Shown here one piece after another: positions 59,230 to 64,000 of a stretch of 64,000 nt of DNA (within the stretch, counting starts at the first letter, position 1; the number at the start of each line of letters is the position of its first letter). The notes beneath the pieces were generated by a model. The model saw only the letters and a list, made by a program, of their open reading frames with translations. It ran no database searches and was not told where the DNA came from. Source of the DNA: an uncultured Planctomycetales bacterium (GTDB taxonomy: Bacteria > Omnitrophota > Gorgyraeia > Gygaellales > Profunditerraquicolaceae). The translations under genes were made by a program, and so were the position numbers. The stretch lies in contig CAZJFL010000004.1 in the NCBI GenBank assembly GCA_964545575.1, positions 9,512 through 73,511 on the forward strand. The letters are read 5' to 3'.

Positions 59230-60669
59230 CTATTTTACCAGCCTTTTTGCCGCTACTAGGGCCTGTTTTTTGGTTTTAATCTTGCCGATTGCCTGTAGCT
59301 CCTCTATTTCGGACAGGATCTTCCCGATTAAGGGGGAAGGGGTTAATTTTAATCTCTCTATCAGGTCGTCGCCGTTAATCAGCCGCGGCAGCTTCTTTTT
59401 TTCCTTAAGTTTTTTGAAGTATTCGCGGATTAAGTTAAAACATACCTTTTCATGAGTGATACGCGATTCGTCCGACGTCAAAGGCCCGCGGGTGGCGCGC
59501 TGGTCGGCGATGGAAATCAAAAGCGTGCTTACGCCTTCTCTTGCCGCATCGCGGAAATACCTAAACTTTGCCCGCGCGCTGATATCCTCGTTATCAGCCA
59601 AGTATCCGGGGCGCAGATGCCAGAAGATCATTTTTTCCAAGGCCTGTAGTTCGTCATTGGAAAGTTTCAGGCGCTTGGCAACGACTTCCATGATGTCCGC
59701 ACCGATACGTTCGTGGCCATGAAACATAGTTTTACCTTCCTGGCGGCGGCGGGCCTGCGGTTTTCCGATATCGTGTAAAAGCGCTCCTAATTTTATCAGG
59801 GCGCGGCGTTTCCTTTCGGCGCAAATTATCTCGTTCAGGTAATCCCGTATATCTTTGTTGTTTTTATTCCCCTCTAGCACGCTTTCCAGCTGTTTTATCG
59901 TCTCTAAAGTATGCTTCCAGACATCCAAATGGTGATACGGCCCCTGCTCCACCCCCCGCATCAGCTCAATCTCCGGGATGATTATTTTTAAGATGCCGAG
60001 TTGGTCTAATTTTAGCAGGTGCCCGAAAGCGTCCGGCCGCTCTAAAATCTTAAACAATTCATCACGGATGCGCTCGCAGGAAATTCCGGAGAGTTTTCCT
60101 TTCTTTACTTTTACTAATTTTAATGTCTCTTTATCAATTCCGAAACCGAATATAGCGGATAAACTGAAGGCGCGTAAAATCCTTAAAGGGTCTTCGTCAA
60201 AAGCCTTTTTTGCTACCATGCGGATAATCTTTGCCTTTAAATCTTTTCTCCCGCCGCGCGGGTCAATTAATTTATCATCTAAATTTCCGGCGAGTATATC
60301 CTCTAACCCCAAAGCCATGGCGTTGACGGTAAAATCACGGTGCAGGAGGTCAGCGTTTAAATCTTTGCCGCGTAAATCGGTAAAATCCAGGGTATAAACC
60401 TTATCTTTAATTCTTTTTACTAAGCGCGCGCAGCCGTGCTCCTTGTCTAAAACTACGAACCCGGCCCGGATCTGCTCCCTCAAGGCCCGGGCAAAGTTGA
60501 TCGCCCCTTTTTTAAGACAAAAATCTATATCCGGATTATCCTTTTCTCTCTTTAACAGGATATCGCGCAGATACCCACCGACCAGATACAGTCTTACCTT
60601 CTTTGCCCTAGCAAATCGCTGGATGTCTTTTAGCAGATTTTTTACTTCCGGAGCTAATGTATGAGTCAT
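59230..60669 (-). CDS. CCA-adding enzyme / poly(A) polymerase family nucleotidyltransferase with HD domain
   Basis: VGG.LRD, DID, RDFTVNA, EDPLR.LR, HH.DV..H, LLHDIGK; the ORF-track extension to 60840 runs through a hairpin element. Confidence 0.9.
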   Translation of the reverse strand: MTHTLAPEVKNLLKDIQRFARAKKVRLYLVGGYLRDILLKREKDNPDIDFCLKKGAINFARALREQIRAGFVVLDKEHGCARLVKRIKDKVYTLDFTDLRGKDLNADLLHRDFTVNAMALGLEDILAGNLDDKLIDPRGGRKDLKAKIIRMVAKKAFDEDPLRILRAFSLSAIFGFGIDKETLKLVKVKKGKLSGISCERIRDELFKILERPDAFGHLLKLDQLGILKIIIPEIELMRGVEQGPYHHLDVWKHTLETIKQLESVLEGNKNNKDIRDYLNEIICAERKRRALIKLGALLHDIGKPQARRRQEGKTMFHGHERIGADIMEVVAKRLKLSNDELQALEKMIFWHLRPGYLADNEDISARAKFRYFRDAAREGVSTLLISIADQRATRGPLTSDESRITHEKVCFNLIREYFKKLKEKKKLPRLINGDDLIERLKLTPSPLIGKILSEIEELQAIGKIKTKKQALVAAKRLVK

Positions 60670-60684
60670 AGAATAATTATGCTG

Positions 60685-60858
60685 TTTAGCGGCTGTCTTG
60701 TCTTGTTTCTCGCAGGGGCGCTCATTTTGCCCCAGCGTGGCAAAATTTCGCTCGGCCTGCGGACCCTCGCTCTCGCCGAGCATTCGATAGCGGGCGAACC
60801 GTGCCCCCTCGGGTTCCTCGGACGCCCTGCTCGAAATCAAACCAAGCCATCCGCTAAA
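60685..60858. repeat. ~175-bp multi-branched hairpin element (single copy here)
   Basis: Stems tttagcgg/ccgctaaa, gcaggg/ccctgc, attttgcc/ggcaaaat, gctcggc/gccgagc. Confidence 0.65.
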
Positions 60859-60928
60859 GATAAATTAAACTATCAAAATGAATCTGGCGGGTTTTCGAGC
60901 GAATGGAGGTTTTAGCTAATCGCCAGAT

Positions 60929-61108
60929 TAGATATTTTGCGGAGGGATTTGTGAGCGTGCAATAAGAAATTTTTTGGCAGGAGTGCACAAGGATTCACGA
61001 GGAACGAAGGACGCGTATCCGCGTAAGCATACTGTCCGTAGTGACGAGTAAACCGTAGTGCACGGCAAAAAATTTCCGCACGCGAACAAACCCGCAGCAA
61101 AATATCTA
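60929..61108. repeat. ~170-bp rod-like hairpin element, copy 2 (inverted relative to 32051-32221)
   Basis: Terminal tagatattttgc/gcaaaatatcta; homologous to copy 1. Confidence 0.92.
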
Positions 61109-61112
61109 TATT

Positions 61113-61523
61113 TTACTTCTCTTTATTAAATATCTCAGACTGCTTGAGCACCGAGTCATCCACGAATATCGGCGCACGGGCGCGCACCGCCAGGGCAATG
61201 CTGTCAGAAGGGCGGGCATCGATGATTTTTTCCTCTCCGGAGCTGGTCTTTAGCACTAGTTTTGCATGGAAAGTATTCTCTTCCAATTTATCGATAATCA
61301 CGCGCTCGATAGTCGCCTCTAAATGCTTGATGGTGGTGTGCATTAAATCGTGGGTCAGCGGCCGGGGCGGATTAAAGCCGCTGATCTTTAATTTTATCGC
61401 TGAGGCCTCGGCTAGGCCGATCACAATAGGCAGGATCCTCTCGCCGCCCTTTTCTTTAAGCACAATCAGCTGGTCATGCCTTTTTTCATCAATCACAATT
61501 TTACTCAATTCCATCTCTAGCAT
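61113..61523 (-). CDS. Bifunctional nuclease family (DUF151) protein
   Basis: LPIVIG..EA, RPLTHDL, DARPSDSIALA. Confidence 0.92.
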   Translation of the reverse strand: MLEMELSKIVIDEKRHDQLIVLKEKGGERILPIVIGLAEASAIKLKISGFNPPRPLTHDLMHTTIKHLEATIERVIIDKLEENTFHAKLVLKTSSGEEKIIDARPSDSIALAVRARAPIFVDDSVLKQSEIFNKEK

Positions 61524-61538
61524 AGATGAATCTCCCCT

Positions 61539-62009
61539 TTATTTACGCTTCGGCTTATCTTTATTCAAAATATCTTTTAACTCCACCATAAACTGCCCGA
61601 CGTCCTTAAACTGCCGGTAAACTGAGGCAAATCTTACGTAGGCCACGTCGTCTAAGCCTTTTAGCTTTTCCATCACCAACTCTCCGATTCTGGTAGAATA
61701 AACCTCGCGGTCTGATTTTTTCTGAATTGCCCGCTCGACAAGCGTAGCAATATCCTCCATCTTCTCCATGCCCACCGGCCTTTTTTCGCAGGCCTTGGTA
61801 ATGCCGGCTAATAGTTTCTTACGGTCAAAGGGCTCGCGCCTGCCGTCTTTCTTAATCACCATTAAAGATACTTCCTCGATATATTCGTAGGTGGTAAAAC
61901 GCTTGCCGCATTTTAAACATTCGCGCCTGCGCCGGACAGCAGATTCCTCTGCCGTGGCACGCGAATCTACGACTTTATCTTCTTTATAGCCGCAAAAAGG
62001 ACACTTCAT
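61539..62009 (-). CDS. nrdR: Transcriptional repressor NrdR
   Basis: [24 protein letters not shown] cone, AYVRFASVY. Confidence 0.97.
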   Translation of the reverse strand: MKCPFCGYKEDKVVDSRATAEESAVRRRRECLKCGKRFTTYEYIEEVSLMVIKKDGRREPFDRKKLLAGITKACEKRPVGMEKMEDIATLVERAIQKKSDREVYSTRIGELVMEKLKGLDDVAYVRFASVYRQFKDVGQFMVELKDILNKDKPKRK

Positions 62010-62521
62010 GTCTTTCTTACTTTTATCTTGGCTTCCTTAAAGAACTTCTTTGCTAACTCATCAGGATACCCTGCCGCGATGACCACTTCTTTAATGCCGG
62101 CGTTGATCAGCATTTTTGCGCAAATCACGCAGGGTTGGTTAGTCAAATATAAGGTGCTGCCTTTGGTGCTTACGCCGTAAAGTGCCGCCTGTAAAATTAC
62201 GTTCTGTTCGGCATGCAGCCCGCGGCACAACTCGTGGCGTTGTCCGGAAGGGATTTTTAATTTCTCCCGGATACAGCCGGTCTCAAAACAATGTGCCAAG
62301 CCCGAGGGCGCGCCGTTATAGCCGGTGGCTAAAATCTTCTTGTCCTTGACCAAAACCGCGCCGACGCGACGTCTCAGGCAGGTCGCTCTTTTGGAAACCA
62401 AATTCGCTACCTCTAAAAAATACTCATCCCAACTTGGTCGATTGTGAATCATCTGCTTGCGACCACCCGCCAAATCTTTGGTGGCGGGATGGCGATTATG
62501 CGCTTGTTTTTTATTTTTCAT
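62006..62521 (-). CDS. dCMP deaminase (ComEB-like)
   Basis: [23 protein letters not shown]. Confidence 0.92.
   Translation of the reverse strand: MKNKKQAHNRHPATKDLAGGRKQMIHNRPSWDEYFLEVANLVSKRATCLRRRVGAVLVKDKKILATGYNGAPSGLAHCFETGCIREKLKIPSGQRHELCRGLHAEQNVILQAALYGVSTKGSTLYLTNQPCVICAKMLINAGIKEVVIAAGYPDELAKKFFKEAKIKVRKT
62466..62488. repeat. 23-bp hairpin CCCGCCA-N9-TGGCGGG in the 5' end of the deaminase ORF
   Basis: 20/23 identical to 32251-32273. Confidence 0.8.
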
Positions 62522-63771
62522 TTTTCCTTCAACTCCGGATATAAGGGGAACCTTTTGGTTAAAGCTAAAACTTCCTTTTTGATTTTTTCTAATTCTTGCG
62601 GGCTGTCGCTTACCTCTATCGCCTGATCAATAAAACCCGCTATCTGGCGCATTTGAAACTCTTTCATCCCGCGGGTAGTTACTGCCGGCGTCCCCACGCG
62701 TATGCCGCTGGTTACGGCTGCTCCCTTTTTATCAAAAGGAATCAGGTTTTTATTCACGGTGATACCCGCCTGCTCTAATACCGCGGAGGCATCGGCTCCG
62801 GTAATTCCCTTCTCCGTCAAATCTACCAGCATCAAATGCGTATCTGTGCCGCCGGAGACGATACGAAATTCTTCTTTCGCTAAGGCCTTGGCAAGTTCCC
62901 GCGAATTTCTTACGATTTGCCTTTGATAATTCCTGAATTTCGGGGTCATTGCCTCGCGAAATGCTACGGCCTTGGCAGCAATCACGTGCATTAACGGCCC
63001 ACCCTGTATGCCGGGGAAAATTTCCATATCGATTTTTTTGGCGAATTCTTTGCGGCAGAGCACAAATCCTCCGCGGGGGCCGCGTAAAGTTTTATGGGTA
63101 GTAGAGGTGACAAATTCAGCGTAAGGAACGGGCGTTGGATGGATGCCCGCGGCAACTAATCCGGCGATATGCGCCATATCTACAAAAAGATAGGCCCCGA
63201 CCTTATCACAAATTTTCCTGAAAATCTTAAAATCCATTTTCCTGGGGTATGCCGAAGCCCCGGCTAAAATCATTTTAGGCTTATGCTTTTTAGCCAAATC
63301 CATAATCAAGTCGTAATCCAGCATCTCGGTTTTTTTATTCACCCCGTAGGTAACTATTTTATAAAACATCCCGGAGAAATTATGCGGATGGCCGTGGGAC
63401 AAATGCCCCCCGCAGGCTAGATCCATCGCCAACACCGTATCACCCGGCTCAACCGCAGCCATATACACTGCCATATTTGCCTGAGTCCCGGAGTGCGCCT
63501 GCACATTAGCATGCTCTGCGCCGAATAATTTCTTTACCCGCTCGATAGCTTTTGTTTCCGCCTGATCCACGTATTCGCATCCGCCGTACCAGCGCCGGTG
63601 CGGGTAGCCCTCGGCATATTTATTAGTCAGGACCGAGCCTTGCGCCTCCAGGACTGCCAAAGAGGTGAAGTTCTCCGAGGCGATCAGCTCTAAATTGTCC
63701 TCCTGCCTTTCGATTTCATTTTTTATCGCCTGATATATTTCCGGATCGATTTTTTTGATATGTTTCATCAT
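62518..63771 (-). CDS. glyA: Serine hydroxymethyltransferase
   Basis: [40 protein letters not shown]. Confidence 0.98.
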   Translation of the reverse strand: MMKHIKKIDPEIYQAIKNEIERQEDNLELIASENFTSLAVLEAQGSVLTNKYAEGYPHRRWYGGCEYVDQAETKAIERVKKLFGAEHANVQAHSGTQANMAVYMAAVEPGDTVLAMDLACGGHLSHGHPHNFSGMFYKIVTYGVNKKTEMLDYDLIMDLAKKHKPKMILAGASAYPRKMDFKIFRKICDKVGAYLFVDMAHIAGLVAAGIHPTPVPYAEFVTSTTHKTLRGPRGGFVLCRKEFAKKIDMEIFPGIQGGPLMHVIAAKAVAFREAMTPKFRNYQRQIVRNSRELAKALAKEEFRIVSGGTDTHLMLVDLTEKGITGADASAVLEQAGITVNKNLIPFDKKGAAVTSGIRVGTPAVTTRGMKEFQMRQIAGFIDQAIEVSDSPQELEKIKKEVLALTKRFPLYPELKEK

Positions 63772-64000
63772 TTTTGCCTAACACCTCTCTCTATTTGTTT
63801 GATTTGATTCAGGCGCCGGGCATGCCTGCCGCCTTTAAATTTAGTCTTCAACCAGACGGATATGATTTTTTTGGCTTGGCCCTCCTTGGTGAATAATGAA
63901 CCTAATATTAAAACGTTACTGTCATTATGCTCACGCGACAGGCGGGCAGCTTGGGTGTTATAACATAATGCCGCGCGCACGCCAGGCAGCCGGTTTAAGA
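63768..64000 (-). CDS. rpiB: Ribose 5-phosphate isomerase B, C-terminal part (runs off the window end)
   Basis: RAALC, REHND.NVL.LG, F.GGRH.RR; rpiB-glyA order. Confidence 0.88.
   Translation of the reverse strand, partial: LNRLPGVRAALCYNTQAARLSREHNDSNVLILGSLFTKEGQAKKIISVWLKTKFKGGRHARRLNQIKQIERGVRQK

Noticed and set aside
60670-60840. 57-aa N-terminal extension of the CCA/HD protein
   Set aside because: It starts at a non-ATG codon inside a hairpin element. Family similarity begins after ATG 60669.

Overview
A gene-dense bacterial core-genome segment. Gene order and protein style suggest Candidatus Omnitrophota or a PVC-related lineage (inference only). All but one of about 53 genes lie on the minus strand. 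They cover translation and isoprenoid genes (ruvB-scpA-trpS-infB-nusA-rimP-proS-ispG-rseP-dxr-cdsA-uppS), a GH57/DUF4912 pair, purA/serA/clpP/tig, a long Kdo/heptose/lipid A LPS cluster with fused glycosyltransferases, a small signalling islet, a serpin, xerC-topA-dprA, aroK/aroC, nucleotide-housekeeping genes and glyA. No rRNA, tRNA, CRISPR array or transposase was recognised. The unusual signal is a nested set of very small repeats that enter protein-coding genes in frame. (i) A 20/21-bp palindrome CCTGCCTGCCGG(A)CAGGCAGG has 7 copies plus 1 variant, 6 of the 8 inside CDSs, and one filled/empty site pair shows insertion after TG with no target duplication. (ii) 7-bp tandem arrays sit in loops of ispG, topA, lpxK and glycosyltransferases. 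(iii) A 46-bp hairpin unit occurs both between genes and inside a CDS. (iv) Several larger intergenic hairpin families show compensatory base changes between copies.
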